A stretch of DNA of 61,877 nucleotides, the filler included, from Choristocarpus tenellus KU-1152 (Eukaryota; Protista; Phaeophyceae): assembly GCA_964200185.2 (NCBI GenBank). It is 8 parts of 8 records of this genome, joined end to end, with 100 filler letters (N's around TTAATTAATTAA, not from the genome) between each part and the next. Parts side by side here need not be neighbours in the genome. Positions count along the whole stretch, not along the records: positions 1 to 17,137 come from CAXNAD020000716.1; positions 17,238 to 34,245 come from CAXNAD020000735.1; 6 more parts are not named here. The stretch is one strand, 5' to 3'. Both the position numbers and the translations under genes were made by a program. The notes beneath the pieces were generated by a model. The model had not been told where the DNA came from. It saw only the letters and a program-made list of their open reading frames with translations, and did no database searches. Shown in pieces: positions 12,754 to 26,400 of this stretch. Numbering within the stretch: position 1 is the stretch's first letter; every line of letters starts with the position of its first letter.

Positions 12754-15700
12754 AATCACTCTACAACATTTGGTTATACTCTTGTGTGTATCTCTTCTAT
12801 CCATTCATGAGCTGGGGGATACTTTAACAAAATATATTGGATCCCTAGATTTCTACCTGTCCGAATCATGTTTTCACTAAGAGAAGAGACACCAGTCCAT
12901 GGTAAGGGCCGAAGTGAGGCCACCCTTGCTGAAGACCATTATCAGCAACTCTCCTCTACTATGGAGGACCTACCTAAGGCAATACAAGAACAGAAGATTA
13001 ACTTGGACTGTCTTTCAGATATGAATGCTGTTAAGAGAGTCGGCAGTGGGGATCATCCTGCTGTCCAAGCTGCTGTTCTCAGCACACTCCCGCCTGCTGG
13101 CTTTGTACTGGCTGAAGTCGGACCTATTGAACCTGTTGTGGGTGAAGGTTTCCGAAATGACTACGGCCCAAACAGACTGAGCGTTTGGAGTGATATGAGC
13201 TGGAGATCAGGTTCTTCGGCACTATCAGGGTCTGGAGTTGCCCTAACTCCTTACAGGATAAGGCAGCGATCAAAGGCCCAACCGCCCAAGTTGGTAGACA
13301 GCTCCAACTATCGTTATTGGAGAAGGTGGTTCATTATCCACCGGAAGTAAACTGGCTGTTTATCTACGCTAACTGCCACAAGACCGATCAATAAGGAGCG
13401 ATTGCAGGTGGAACTACTTGCTGATGGGTTCAGTATGAATGAACCTTGTCATCTGTGACAAAATACTACTTCAGTCTCTGAGTGAGCTGGGATCTTGTTA
13501 TGACACTGAGGTACGCATGATGACTTCTTGGCGCTTGGTGTCTCCAGCATATGTCAGGAAGACGATCCATGATAGACACACATCAAGAACGTCAAGGACA
13601 AGCAGCGTTTCATCAAAGACGAAAACAGTCATGCTCTCATGATTGGAAGTTCAATTGCTGGAAATTCAAGACATGGAAAGACTCAATCTCATTGTAACAA
13701 CACAAGGTCGCAGATGGGGACATAAATTTCATGAAAGAAAGAAGAAGAATGGACATGAGGAGATAGCTTGCCCAAGCCGCATTTGTACCAAGTATGGTGG
13801 ATGTGCTCATGATGCTACAGCATGTACTTCAGTGTTTATGACCACAGTGGTAGCTGGGGAAGAGAAGGATGAGACTGAAGCCGAATCTTCCAACCTTACT
13901 ATGGAAAAATGTGATCAGCAGCAGCGACAAAGAGTGGTAGGCACTACTGGCCGCCACTGAAGACTCTCCAAGCAACATTTTTCAAGGCAAGTGTGGGGTC
14001 AATAAGTGTCTGGTGTCAAGTGTTAGGGTTAGTACACGGAGAGAAGAGTGGATTTGTGACAACACAGCCTCATGCCACATAACAAAAATGAAACCTTGCA
14101 TGACAAACTACAAGCCTTGTGTAGTGGATTTAAGGATAATTACTGCCACTCAGAATTCCTTCCACATTGCAGGTCATGGGAATCTCACTATCTTATTTCT
14201 CTCCCGTGACAATAAGGAAGTGGAGACACTACTTCAGAATTTCACTCAAGTCCCAAATCTTGGTTTTAACATATTTTCTTAACAAACTGCGGCAGAAATG
14301 GGTGCAAAATGTACTGGCACAGCTAGTACGTTCTCACGTTTAGATAGCAAACTCGATTTTAAGAGAATCCCTGGTTGTCACTACACCTTGCACAGTCAAC
14401 GTATTTTGCTGCGATCGTCTAAAATTGCTGAAACAGCTCTCAAAGCTACCGTTGCCCCCTCTAGCACACACCCAAACAACTCTGCCCCCCATACTGAGGT
14501 GGACATGAACCATTTCCATCGCACATATGACCATGTTCACGAGGCTTTGCTCAAGTCCACTGCCTCTTCAATGGGCACTAAATTGGTGGGAGAGTTGGAG
14601 GCATGAGCTGGCTGCTCCATGAGTTAAGGCATACGGAAGGGGTCCCGTCCAGCATGTCTCCACAGGCAGCGAGAAAACTGTGGCGGATTTTTGTCGATCT
14701 AAGTGGCAAGGGGACTACCCTTTTACTTGGCGGTAAGCGTTACATCATGATAATTCGGGACGACTATTCTCGCTTTGTTTGGTTGTACTTCCTTCGTCTT
14801 AAATTGGATGCTGCTGAAGCCTTCAAGAAGTACCTGGCAGATATCCAGGCTGATGGTACTCCCTCTTGGGTCATGTGTGTGCAGTCTGATAAATGGGGGG
14901 AAGTTTAATAAAGGTGCTTTCCATGCTCTTTGCTGCAAACATGGCACTAAACAGGAGTTCACACCTGCAGACAGTCTTCAATTTCATGGGGTTGCTGAAC
15001 ACATGCTGGGTATTATTGGTGAAGCTTCGTTAGCTGCCCACCTTCAAGCTCCACTACTTTCCCCCCATGTCACTATCCCCAAGACAGACTCTCTCTGGGC
15101 TGAAGCTCAACACTGTTTGTGACTCGCTCAATCGCACATCGACCATGGCTAATCCTGGTTGAAAATCACCGTATGAAATGTGGTATGGCATCCCTGCACC
15201 CCTGCTGACCTACCAATTTCTTCAACCTGATTTTTGCTGTCCCCTAAGACTTTCGAAAAGACTTAACAGTGGTTTTACTGGGGCCGGGATCAATCACCCC
15301 TGTGATGCGTACCGTGTTCTCACTTCAACCAGTGTCATTGTTACTACGCATAACCTAACCTGGCTGTCAACAAATGACCCCAGTCTTGCCCCAGTAGGAG
15401 AGGTTGCCCCTGCTTTGTGAAAGGGGGGGGGGGAAGCTTGATGCAGATCCTCGTTCTGAGGACAAGTTTCCCTATCCCGAAGAAGGTGGCCCACCAGTAG
15501 ATGTACAGTCTATTTGTTCATCTTGCTCCTCTACTTCATCCCTATCTGACAACTCTTCCTGTAGTGACGGAAATGAGGACAGGTTTGTACTAGGTGAGAG
15601 GCCATCCTTTGGCAACAAAGGAGAAGGTTTGATCCCCCCCTTGGTGAAGGGAGTGTAGGTCAGATTATCAAGGATCTGGCTGTTGACCCCTTCCCTGGTG

Positions 15701-17137
15701 ATGGGGAGGGAGGTCAGGTTGACATGAGTCTGACCAGAGACACTACCCAGGATAGTGAAGGGAGTGTAGAATGTCTCATCCTCAAGTCCACAGCACTTGC
15801 CTCAGTCACGTGCTGACCCAATAGCTGCCTGTACTCCAGCTCGCAAGCTGGAAGACTTTCTTCCCAATCCAGTTCGTAAACCTTAAGTTGAGCTGGGTAG
15901 GACTAGACAGGAAACATGTTGCTTATGCTATGGCTGTACAACCCACACCTGAGTCTGTGTGATGTGTACCCCCCTTCATGGTCATCTTGTTTCTGAGTTG
16001 GGACTAGCCCCACAATCTTATACTGAGGCTCAAAAGTCTGAATACTGGCCAGTATGGGAAGAGGCTATGTCTAAGGAGTTGGATGGTTTATCGGACACGG
16101 GTACCTTCAGTGTTGCAGATATACCCTCGGGAAGCAAGGTTATTGGTTCCAAGTGGGCGTTTAAATGGAAGGGTGGCTGTTTTGGGATGTTCAGTGGGGC
16201 TATGGCTAGGCTAGTTGCTCAAGGTTTTGGCCAGGAGTATGGCGTTGATTACTTTGAAACCTTTGCTCCCACACCTTCCGCCTCATCAGCTAGGCTAATG
16301 GCCAGTATGGCTTGTGAATTGCACCTGAGGATGCGGCACCTATATGTAGAGCAGGCCTTTGTTCATTCTGACCTGGATGATGAAGTGTACATGCACCTCC
16401 GACAGGGATGTGGAGATTTTTCGTATACAACTGTACGTCTTCACAGGTCCCTGTATGGTTTAAAGCAAGCCTTTAGGACTTGGAATGCTAAGCTGGTTTC
16501 CACCCTCAACCATAACAGGTTTGAGCAGTGTCTGATTGATCCATGTATATTTAGACTCAGGAAGGATGGTGTTGTCAAGATAATCCTTTCAGTTCATGTG
16601 GATGACATGATATTTTTGGCGTCTGGTGATGATTGCAATGATCTTTGTGCCTCCCTGAATGAAGAGTTCCCCACCAAAACCTTGACCTATTGTCTCAGTT
16701 TTCTGATTGGAAGCGTGGTACCCTCTCCATTACCCAAACTAACTATACTGATAGTTGTGTGAACGTTTTTCCACCCAATCAACAAGTCCCATCCTTGCTG
16801 CCCGTTCCAGAAAGCTAGGAATTAGGGAGGGAGATACCCTGTCAGAGGATTGCCCTTTTCATGAGGCAGTTGCAGGGTTGATGTGGGTCAGTAACATGAC
16901 CACGCCAGATGTGGCTAACGAGGTGAGAGCTGTAGCCCATCACTCACATGCTCCAAGTCGTGTCCACTGGAGAGTTGTGACCCAGATCCACAAGTGCCTC
17001 AAAAGGAACGCGGGAGTTTGGCTTAACCTACCAGAAAGGAGCAGGACTGAAGCTAGTGGCCTATGCTGATGCACACTTCACCATAGAGACTTTTGACAGA
17101 CATTCTGTATCAGTGGGATCAGTGATGTGTGCGGGGG
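12754..17137 (+). mobile_element. Degenerate Ty1/copia LTR retrotransposon (gag-PR-IN-RT-RNaseH), truncated by a gap
   Basis: Domain order: PR (EWICDNTASCHIT, ~14045), HHCC (HRTYDH), rve (IFVDLSG..GGKRYIMIIRDDYSRF; QEFTPADSLQFHGVAE), RT (ARLVAQGFGQEYGVDYFETFAP; SLYGLKQA; VHVDDM), RNaseH (VAYADA). Many stops and frameshifts. LTR-like end at 12768 followed by GGTTATAC. Confidence 0.95.
15959..16762 (+). pseudogene. Copia reverse transcriptase (RVT_2) remnant
   Basis: ORF carries the copia RT motifs KW.FK.K, ARLVAQGF, LYGLKQA, HVDDM. Confidence 0.9.
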
Positions 17138-17237
17138 NNNNNNNNNNNNNNNNNNNNNNNNNNNNNNNNNNNNNNNNNNNNTTAATTAATTAANNNNNNN
17201 NNNNNNNNNNNNNNNNNNNNNNNNNNNNNNNNNNNNN
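17138..17237. other. Artificial contig spacer N44-TTAATTAATTAA-N44 (also at 34246-34345, 40541-40640, 46006-46105, 49497-49596, 52781-52880, 58555-58654)
   Basis: The same 100-bp pattern, with stop codons in all six frames, occurs seven times. Confidence 0.98.
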
Positions 17238-17304
17238 CACGCGCGTATACTGCTCGCCCCAGTCAAAGCGCAGGAAGAAATACTCGCGCTACTCGCCTGT
17301 AACA
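17238..17304 (+). mobile_element. 3' end of an LTR (same family as ~52520-52586)
   Basis: gcaggaagaaatactcgcgctactcgcctgtaaca resembles gcagaaagaaatgctcgcgctattcgcctgtaaca at 52586. It ends in CA and is not followed by a PBS, so it is a 3' or solo LTR. Confidence 0.65.
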
Positions 17305-18026
17305 GTACTTGTATTATATAGTTTTGTTGAGAAACGGAAGTTTCAGCTTTTAGATAATAGAATGTGTGATTTGTGGAGAGGATGGAGGTTGGAGGGAGAA
17401 AAAGAAGGGTTGTGAATGATTGGGTGGTATACTATGTAGTGGCTGGAGTAGTATGGATCATCAGGACAAGTTGCTAGGTCAAGAAAAGGCTTGGCAAGGA
17501 CGGGCAGCCTACCAGAAGGATATACAGAAAGTACTACAAGGAGGTTGACCAACTTCCCACCCACCCACCCTGTTGCTCCAGAGAGGGACATGGACGAGGA
17601 GTAGATGGGTCAGCTTCAAACACATCATGGAGGACTTAAACGTTTATCCACAGTAGATGGATTGAGTACAGTGACAACTTCGTTTGTAACGGTGAGAAAA
17701 AAACAAAACAGATTTATTGATAAAAACAATCACTATGGGGATGGTGTTAATTTACAACAATATGAAATTTGAATTTGTGTTATCTTTTTTTAGATAACCA
17801 AAAAAATGCCCCCTTCACTTATTCCTTGTGTTACATTCTCATTTCTGCATCTCATCCGTGATTCGGCTCATCTGAATCGGCACAATTCATCTGTATTGTT
17901 GTGGATGGGTAACTCAGTTACTCCTTCGATCTAAGCGACCTGGGGCGGCTGTTCTCCTCAACTTGAAAGAGGAAAGCCACTCATAGTCAGCCCCATCGTC
18001 CGTGTTATCCGCAACTGGAGGAGACC

Positions 18027-21000
18027 ATGAATCAGAGGAACGGATCAACTTCCCCCTTGAGGAAGAAGGAGAAGCTCGCTTCCTCCTCGCATCATGATCT
18101 GGCCCCTGCATGGTCTGGAGTTACGCCAGCACAGTCCAGGGAATCAACTCGTGAGTGCGCATATGTTCGATAGTACCGTCTAAATGTGAAAGTTAGAGTT
18201 AGCTCTCATGTAGGATATTTCCGGTAAGAACTGAGTCTGAGCTCGACACTCTCGTTATCGACGAAAATAGGCGTAACCTCTGGGAGCATAGTGGAGCAGC
18301 CTGATCCTCACGTGCATCCACGATACTGCGGTCTCTCCACATACGCTCGTCTACCCAGTGTTCACGAGGTAAGAGAAACTACGTCATATTTCCTATACAT
18401 CATCTTCGTGGACTTCCATGGCCACCCTGAATCAACATGCGATTGATCCAGCCAATAAATCATACTCGAAATTTCATCTTCGATATTACATTGTCGTCTT
18501 CTTCTCACGATTTTTCCTGGTGCCTGGCCATCATGTCATTCAGATCTCGGAATTCGATGTTGCTGTCGTGGGAATACCGTTTGATGCAGGATGCACCTTC
18601 CGACCTGGTGCTCGCTTTGGACCTGAAGCTGTACGCCGAGCGTCTCGTCTCATCCGCAGGTTTGTGAAGCAGCATTATGATGATGAGCACACAGCATAAC
18701 AATATGATGAAAAAGTGTTAAATGCTAATGTTCTTCTCTTTAACGTCCCCTGGTCGTGCACCCACAAGGGGGAGAGAGATCTCTGTGTACTTTTAGAACT
18801 CAAGTGCGCCGATGTTCGACGATCCATACCCCAGGTACAATATGGGAGTGGAAGTCTACCCTTTCCGCGATCTGCAGGTGGTGGACTACGGTGACATCTC
18901 ATGTAACCCCTTTAACATTCCAAAGGTAGGAGCATTTGAAGAAATGTCGAGATTTCTTTCTTCCCAGTATATCTGTTAACTTATATGTTCGCCTGGTGGT
19001 ACTACCTTTACCGTCACGACATACTCCATACTCCTTGAAGTTCACCGAGTTGGGACCAAGTGGTTCGTTTCTTACTCTCTGCAATTGCAAGCACGGGTCT
19101 AAGCTCGTACGATCGTTTTCCGAGGTCACTTCATTGGGATGCAGGTCGTTCACAATGGGCAGTGTAAAGTGTGTTGTGTAACTGCCAGGCTAACCATTCA
19201 CACAGGTACATTACATATCCAGGGGAAATAATTGAAGGGGAGATTAAGGATATCTGGCAATAAACATAGTAACATTCTATAATGCACATCATATGTATCA
19301 CTCCTTGTCCAATGACAAAGGAACACTCACCTACAAAAGAAATAACATGCAAACATTTTTTCCTGCGTCCCAGGCTATGGATCAAATATCGAGTCAGCTG
19401 AGCAATGTACTTTCACAATGTGAAAATGTAGTCATCATCGGAGGAGATCATACTATCTCCTACCCCTGTCTCAAGGTGACACAATCCATTTAAGTACTAG
19501 TTGTTCTTCCACTGGAACAAAGACCTTACGAACCTGCCAATATGTCATCAGGGACCAACGATATCATATTTCAATTGGCATACAGTTGACTTCATTGATG
19601 GTTGCAAAGAAGAAACACAAATATTGAATATCTATTCACAAAGCCCCACACCTCCAATCGTATGAGTGAAAGTATCTCAGAGGGTACGAGTTTTTCCCTG
19701 TTTATCCATTTGGGGTTTGGTTTCCCATGGGTCATTTTAAGACATTTTCCTACTCCAAAATGTTTAGGAGTACGTAAAATGTATACATTATGAAAAGGTG
19801 TGTCCAGAATATGGACATTGACACTTCCTAACAAACACGATAGCCAAAATCATATCAAAACCGTAACATTGGATTTTAGTTCCCCAATTGGACGTGGCTC
19901 TACCCTCTAAGATACTTTGGCTCGTATGTTGCGTTGTTCAGCTCCGGTCAAAATCACCAAATGGGCTCCCTTTTAAGTACAACAACATCCCCCACAATAA
20001 GTTCTTCACCTTTGTTGAATTAACATAATCAATTGCCTTTCATATGAATTGGTCCTTGTGAAATACTATAAGCGCACCAGCATACCCTGGAAAGTGTACT
20101 ACACATTTGGCTCCGTCATTGAGTGCATATTACATGTGTGTATATGAAGGATTGTTTTGGTTGCAGAAAGCAATGCTATTGCAGGTTCGTTTTTTGGCAT
20201 CCCATTTTGTGGAGCATGGGAAAGCAGAATCACAATAGTATACCTCAGCAGCTCTTCAAAATGCAGGGAAAATGTAAAATAAATCCCTCTCATAAAAAGC
20301 ACTCTAGTAGCATGCAATCGTTTGTTGTCACGATTTTGTTGGAAGCACGCAGGATCCAAAGCGTGCAAACGTCTGCCAGTATTACTATTGGTAGGACTTG
20401 GAGAGTTCACAAGCAGGGGTGCACTTGCTTAAAAAATCACAGACACCATCTTAGCACCGAAAATACTAAAATGTTACTAAGTCCATGCACTAGAATGTTC
20501 CCTGGTTGATACTTGTTAGACTAACTGTGACTTCGCCTCCTCCACCTTTACGTTATCCTGTTTCCTTACCACTACGGTTATGTGACGTACAGGCCATCAG
20601 TGCCAAGCATGGTCCATTGTCCCTTGTCCACTTTGACTCTCACTTTGATACCTGGGATGAGTACTTTGGCGAGAAGTGCACACATGGAACACCATTCAAG
20701 AGGGTCAGTTCCCAGTTCCTAGTACACTTGTTATACTTGCTTCTTGGCTCAGCTGAGAGTAAATAAGAACCTGACTTGAACTCTATGACAAGATTGAGTT
20801 TCTTCTGCTTCTCAACTACTGAAAAACAAAAAACATGCTTGACCATGACACTCCTTCAGTCTGTGAACTCCACCTTGGTCTCCATGAGGATTTAGTGCAT
20901 TTGTTGAGCTTGTTATATCAACTGTACCTTAGAGTGTCTCACTGTTGACCCTCCTCCTTTCCTTTCGCTGTACATGGTTTGCACCTTTAAAAAATATTGG

Positions 21001-22971
21001 TATCTTTAGGCTATCGATGATGGGCTCATTGACACCTCCAAGTCAATGCATGTGGGCATCCGTGGCTCCGTTAATGATCATGAGGACATTGTGGCCGACG
21101 CAGAGCTGGTATGACCACAAAACTTCCTCTTCATGATATTTTTTTCACTAGTCTTCATACACATCTGCCTCATTCAGTCCTTCAAAGCATAGACTTTGTG
21201 AGACTGATTATTCCTTCACCTGCCGTCACCAGTCAACCCCTCCTCAATATTATATATTATAGATGCACCCATAAGGTAGTAGTATCATCTGTTGTGAAGG
21301 GGAGGTGTAGACAATAACTCTCACTAATGAAAGTGTTGATTTTCCAGGGTAACATGCCAATACCACCTCAACTCCAGGTTCTGTACCACGATCTGATCTG
21401 GAGTAGGTTTGACTTGAATATCCACTTGGTGCAAATCGTTTTGAGCATCATGAACACCTGGATTGACCATATGTGTATTGTGGCTACGCCATGGACCAGC
21501 TTAGTAGGGGCGACTAGTTAATTAGATCTAAGACAATGCATTATGCACTTCTCTATTATGGGGAAAAGTGATCAGTCCCTCCCTCTTCTTACTGCTGAAT
21601 CATACCAATCCTTAAAAAATTGAAAGTCGGATTTAACTCTGGGGAGAGAAGCTTACGAAAGGATCAATTCTGAAGTCAAGGCGTCTATACTCTTATCCTT
21701 GCTTGAATTAATTATGGTGTTCCAATGCGGTCGGATACATACGTACACATCTTGCTTTGCTACTTTAGGTACAGTGTTACAACTGGGATTGGATATCAGC
21801 TCAGCATGCCACATATGTTTGGTATCAAGGCTGATAATCTCCTTAGAATGTGCTGTATCTGTGTTCTTGTGGGATGGCTCGCTCTTTATCCTGAAAATTT
21901 CAACTTTCAATGCTTGTATGATCCTGCGTGGTAGACAGGATTGAAATAAAGAGGTCACAATCTTACCCTCTGCCCAAACCCTTTTCCCGGATACCAGGGC
22001 CTCAAGACAATCTTTTGCTCTGAATTGGACGACAATGGTTTCGACTGGGTCGCTGAAAAGATCCGAACAAGAGTTGGGGGAAGTCCCATCTACCTCAGTG
22101 TGGATATTGATGTTGCCGACCCTGCTTTTGCCCCTGGCACAGGAACACCAGAGGTGATTTGGGTGGTGGCAAGAGATAATGAAACACTTATTCATATATG
22201 ATGTCTCTTCTTTGATATTGTTGAGTGCAATCAGCATATCTCTAGTTTTCTGAACCAAAATATCCACTCACCGGTTCACTTGTTGTACATCAACAAAACT
22301 GAGCAAGATCAGCATGCCATTCACACTAATGGCACATCTATGGAGAAGTCGACCTGGTCCTGTCCAACGAGTGAGATACAATAATCTTATTGCTCTACAC
22401 TCCTCTTCCCTGTATATCTGCCCTTCTAACACCCAACCTCTCTTATGTACCAATAACACTATACTCTCAACCCTTACCCAATCAAGGTTGGTGGGTTTTC
22501 TTCCAGAGAATTGATACGCCTCATACGCTCTATGAAGGGTCTTAATGTGGTGTCAGGGGATGTTGTCGAAGTGGCTCCAGCCTATGACCATGCTGGTGAG
22601 GTCTGGAGGGGGGATACTAACCGGGGTGTGTACAAAAGTGTATTACATCAGACCAACTTTAAAGCACAAGGGATTCTCACACAATTATGTCACCTTTGTG
22701 AATGTCTGGGATATCAAAATAAAATGTTCGACATACATTATATTTGTTGGGGTGAAGAAATGCTGCCGAATATCCTGACACACAGCCCCTTCCACCGTGC
22801 TCTTTTTCTCCCTTGCTGCATTGGTCCTGCCCCAAACATAATGCAATACTCCATAAAATACCTGGCTCCAAACAATCAAAACGTACAGATATAACAGCCC
22901 AACTGGGGGCTAATGTCATCTTTGAGATTCTCTCCCTTGTGCCTGTGGCAAGATCTTCCAAGTCCAGCTAA
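18027..22971 (+). CDS. Agmatinase / guanidinobutyrase-like ureohydrolase (arginase family), 10 exons, 362 aa
   Basis: Exons 18027-18150, 18271-18368, 18544-18659, 18835-18925, 19374-19475, 20593-20703, 21010-21108, 21998-22153, 22487-22595, 22889-22971 join in frame (1089 nt). Motifs: [69 protein letters not shown]. Confidence 0.96.
19664..19923 (+). mobile_element. MITE family A in agmatinase intron 5
   Basis: Full TIRs, perfect 4-bp TSD gtat. Confidence 0.9.
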
Positions 22972-23324
22972 GCGATAGGATGGCTTCCTTCGTATTGAAG
23001 GCCCTGCAAGGTTGACCTTCTCCTTACCTTCTATCCCCTACGAAAGGCAGAGGAGGAATAAACAGATACATATATTTGGAAGAAAGGGAGGAGTTGGATT
23101 AACTTTGTATCGGGCTCTGAGACTCACGTAATAGGGAGAGGAGTTCATGGGCACTTCAAGCTGCGCCATCGTATAGTAGAATCTGCCCAAGTATTAAAAA
23201 TGTGTCGATAAGTTGTCGTAAGGACAGTAGTATTTATGGTAGGGCAGCGCAGATAAGGAGGAAATATAAGGCTTTCTCAAACAGTGAGATTGACTGGCTC
23301 AATAACCGCTTTTCTTTTTGTCTT

Positions 23325-23400
23325 GAGCCGAAGTATCTTAGAGGGCAGGGTCGCGTCCATTTGGGGGTCAAAATCCAATGTTGCGATTTTGATGCAATTG
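23325..23400 (-). mobile_element. MITE family A fragment (short-spacer end)
   Basis: gagccgaagtatcttagagggcagggtcgcgtccatttgggggtcaaaatccaatgttgcg. Confidence 0.8.
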
Positions 23401-26400
23401 CAGACAGAAGTCTATTGCAGACAGAGGTGGAAATTCCACTACTGACACAGATGGCATGTTAATTTTTTCTTATTAATGTTGGTCTCTTCCTCAGTAGTGC
23501 AGTTGGAGGCAGAGTAAGCAATTTAGTAAAGAGGCTTGCCTCAAGTTGGCAAATATCGCAATTATGTACCCAAGATTGAATACCAAAAATGCCTGCCACC
23601 ATATATTATAAGGGGTGATAGGGTTAACTTCGTTCCAAGAGAAACGCAAACACCTGGCGCTCATTTACGGTCCGAACTCACACCGGCTGAGGAACCAATT
23701 TATCTTCTAAAATATTTTCTTGTACCACATCGTATCGCCCTGATAGACAGGTGTTGAACAATCCCCCTTGCTTGGGTTCGCAGTGAACGGGATGTGCTGG
23801 CACAGGACAATATAACTTTGTTAAATATGTGTATATTTCATGCTACAGGTTGACTTGGCCTTGGTTCCACTGACTGAAGAAGGTGGGGGAGACATCCTAT
23901 ATCCACAATGTCGGGTTTGTGATAATCTACGTCACTACCTATGAATTACTTGGTTGTCCATTTTTTGACCAGTGTATCAGGAAAAGACTACTAATTAATG
24001 ATATAATAACACAAATTAACAAATACATCTCTGGTATTTGACGTGACGTCAAATACACGTACAGACTGTGTCCAAAAAACATATCAATCGATCAGTAGAT
24101 TTATCACTGACTTTACCTACAATTAACTATTTCACCGTTTGTGTCGATGTTGTATCAGCAGTACTAACTCGCGAACAATAGGTACGTCCTTAGGATGCTC
24201 ATAGTGGGTCAGAGCCATAACCTGGGATATTCCTCGTTACTAACCTGAGTAGCTGGTACGTACCTGGAGAGGAGACCTGAGAGGCCTGGATAATACCGCA
24301 GAGAGTCTACTCACTGTTGGTGAGGATTGTAGCACTCCTGAACTACGATAGTTCAACATCTAGGCAATTCGACGATGCCCTCCTGAGTTTGTCTACTTTG
24401 GGATAGGTTGGAGTGGTAAAATTTAGGCTAAGAATGGTGATCCCTAGAACGTTATTTGCTCCAGAAGACAGTGCAAAAGAGCGACTCAAACAACCTGACC
24501 AACCACAAATCAACCCAAAGCATGACCACGAGTACAGATAGGGGGGACTTCTACTAGACAGCAAGAAATTTATCATTTCCTCATGCTATCTATCTGATTA
24601 CGAAAGCTGAGGTATGGGACGACAGCGATCCTCCTCCTCTTCTATACATACATATTGTGCTGCCTTTCTCCCATGGTCTTACTTTTAGCCTGGGACCAGG
24701 AGTCAAGTCACTATCTCGACCCAACCTAGCTCCGATCCGTGGTAAGAGGCGCTACACACTCCACTACTTCCTATGAACTAATTATTGCACTAGATTTTTT
24801 CTCGTGGGTTGTGCCCTGCTTGCTTGGGTGGAATATAACCCTGCCACCACGACTAAGCTTTTCCTCTTTCTTTTTGTGGTTGGTATCTATGTAAGTAAAT
24901 ATGATCAAGACATTTTCTTCGTAAAAGAGGAATTATTGATTGGGTGTATCAGGGCTACCTCACACTCTGTGTACAGAAACATCTTAAGGTCACCAAACTC
25001 ACACTATGACAGTTCTGACCATCAAACCTTGACGTTGTCCGCAAAAAAAACTCCAGCGATGACTACAATAAAAACATGGGTTGGAGGGGAACCAGTAATT
25101 TATTATCGTTGGGGGTTTAATTTTATGAAGAACAAATTCGTGAACTTCGATGTGTCACAACGAACGGTTTACAGTAGTAGTACATAGATTATAATCAAAT
25201 AAGTTAAATAAAACTACTACAGCGTTGAAAGTAGTTATTGTGGTATGCCATACGTCGCCACAGAACCATACGATTGCTAAGAAGAAGTCGAAAAAAAACG
25301 AATCCACACAGTATATATGATAATAATTATGATTGTGAGTATGATTGAGTTCACCAATCCTATCACTTGTCTAACCATCTACTCGAATCTGGCGGGTACA
25401 TCATCACGATCCAGATGTTCCACGTCCTGTTTTGTGTTTCGTGGAAGATAGAAACTGGTACTGTAACTGATACTGGTTCACCGATCCCACCACTTATCCA
25501 CTCGATATTTTCTACCTTCTTTCCTGAATCTGTTGTGTCTGCCGAGTACACTATTCGTTCGTGGTGAACCTTCTCTAACACTTTTCGCATGTTCCGCGTC
25601 CCGTTTTGTAGTTTCTGCGAAGTAACAGGTAGAAAAGTAAGGTAGAGTGAGGTAGAGGTGGACGTGTACGTTCCCAACATACTTTCCCATCCACACATCG
25701 TTGATCGTAGTCTCATCTCCTGTGGAGACGGTCTATCCTTGACCAAGGTTCGAACCCTGAAATTTCCATAATGGAATGGAATGCTTTTACAACCACGTCA
25801 TATTTTGGGACAACCATTCGTATGTGGAGATAAATTGGATATGAAGATGCTAAGAGGAAAACATACAGTTCGAAGAGGAGGGTGGGACAGTTGGGCTGAA
25901 TCATGAACAGAATCGAACTATTCACATTGAAAAAGCCCAGGGAAAAGGCGACCTATCCAAATAATTTCCACTATTTTCATTTTGAATATTTTTGGTACCT
26001 ATAACGTTCACACGTGAGAAATTATGGAAAGAACACGTTCCTCAACCTCTTACCTACTCAACCATCACCTGTTCCATATCGAACTGATGTCCGTTTCATC
26101 AAGAAGTTAAATATAATGGTTCCTCCACTCTACCATTTGAATTTTGAAATAGATCTGATACGTGGAAATTGGAAATGATTTGGGGATATGAATCATTTTA
26201 TACCACAAATAAATCATTAAATTCTTAACGATATGACCAATCAAATAGGATACAGTTGGTGTACCTATATAAGAGAGGTTGAATTTAGAGAAAACGGGAT
26301 ATAAGAGAGGTTTCGGCGTTTTCCTCCCACTTTTCTCTTATATCCAGCAAACTTGCATTTTTTTTCACTACTTGATCGAGGGATTTTTTCCCGAAAGCAA

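Noticed and set aside
17182-17193. Palindromic TTAATTAATTAA recurring seven times
   Set aside because: Always centred in N-runs of identical length. It is an artificial six-frame-stop linker, not biology.
12754-17304. Treating 17238-17304 as the 3' LTR of the 12.8-17.1 kb copia
   Set aside because: Its end (cgcctgtaaca) differs from the putative 5' LTR end (ctctacaaca), and a gap intervenes.
21653-22267. 204-aa minus-strand ORF
   Set aside because: Antisense shadow over agmatinase exon 8 and flanking introns, with no recognisable motif.
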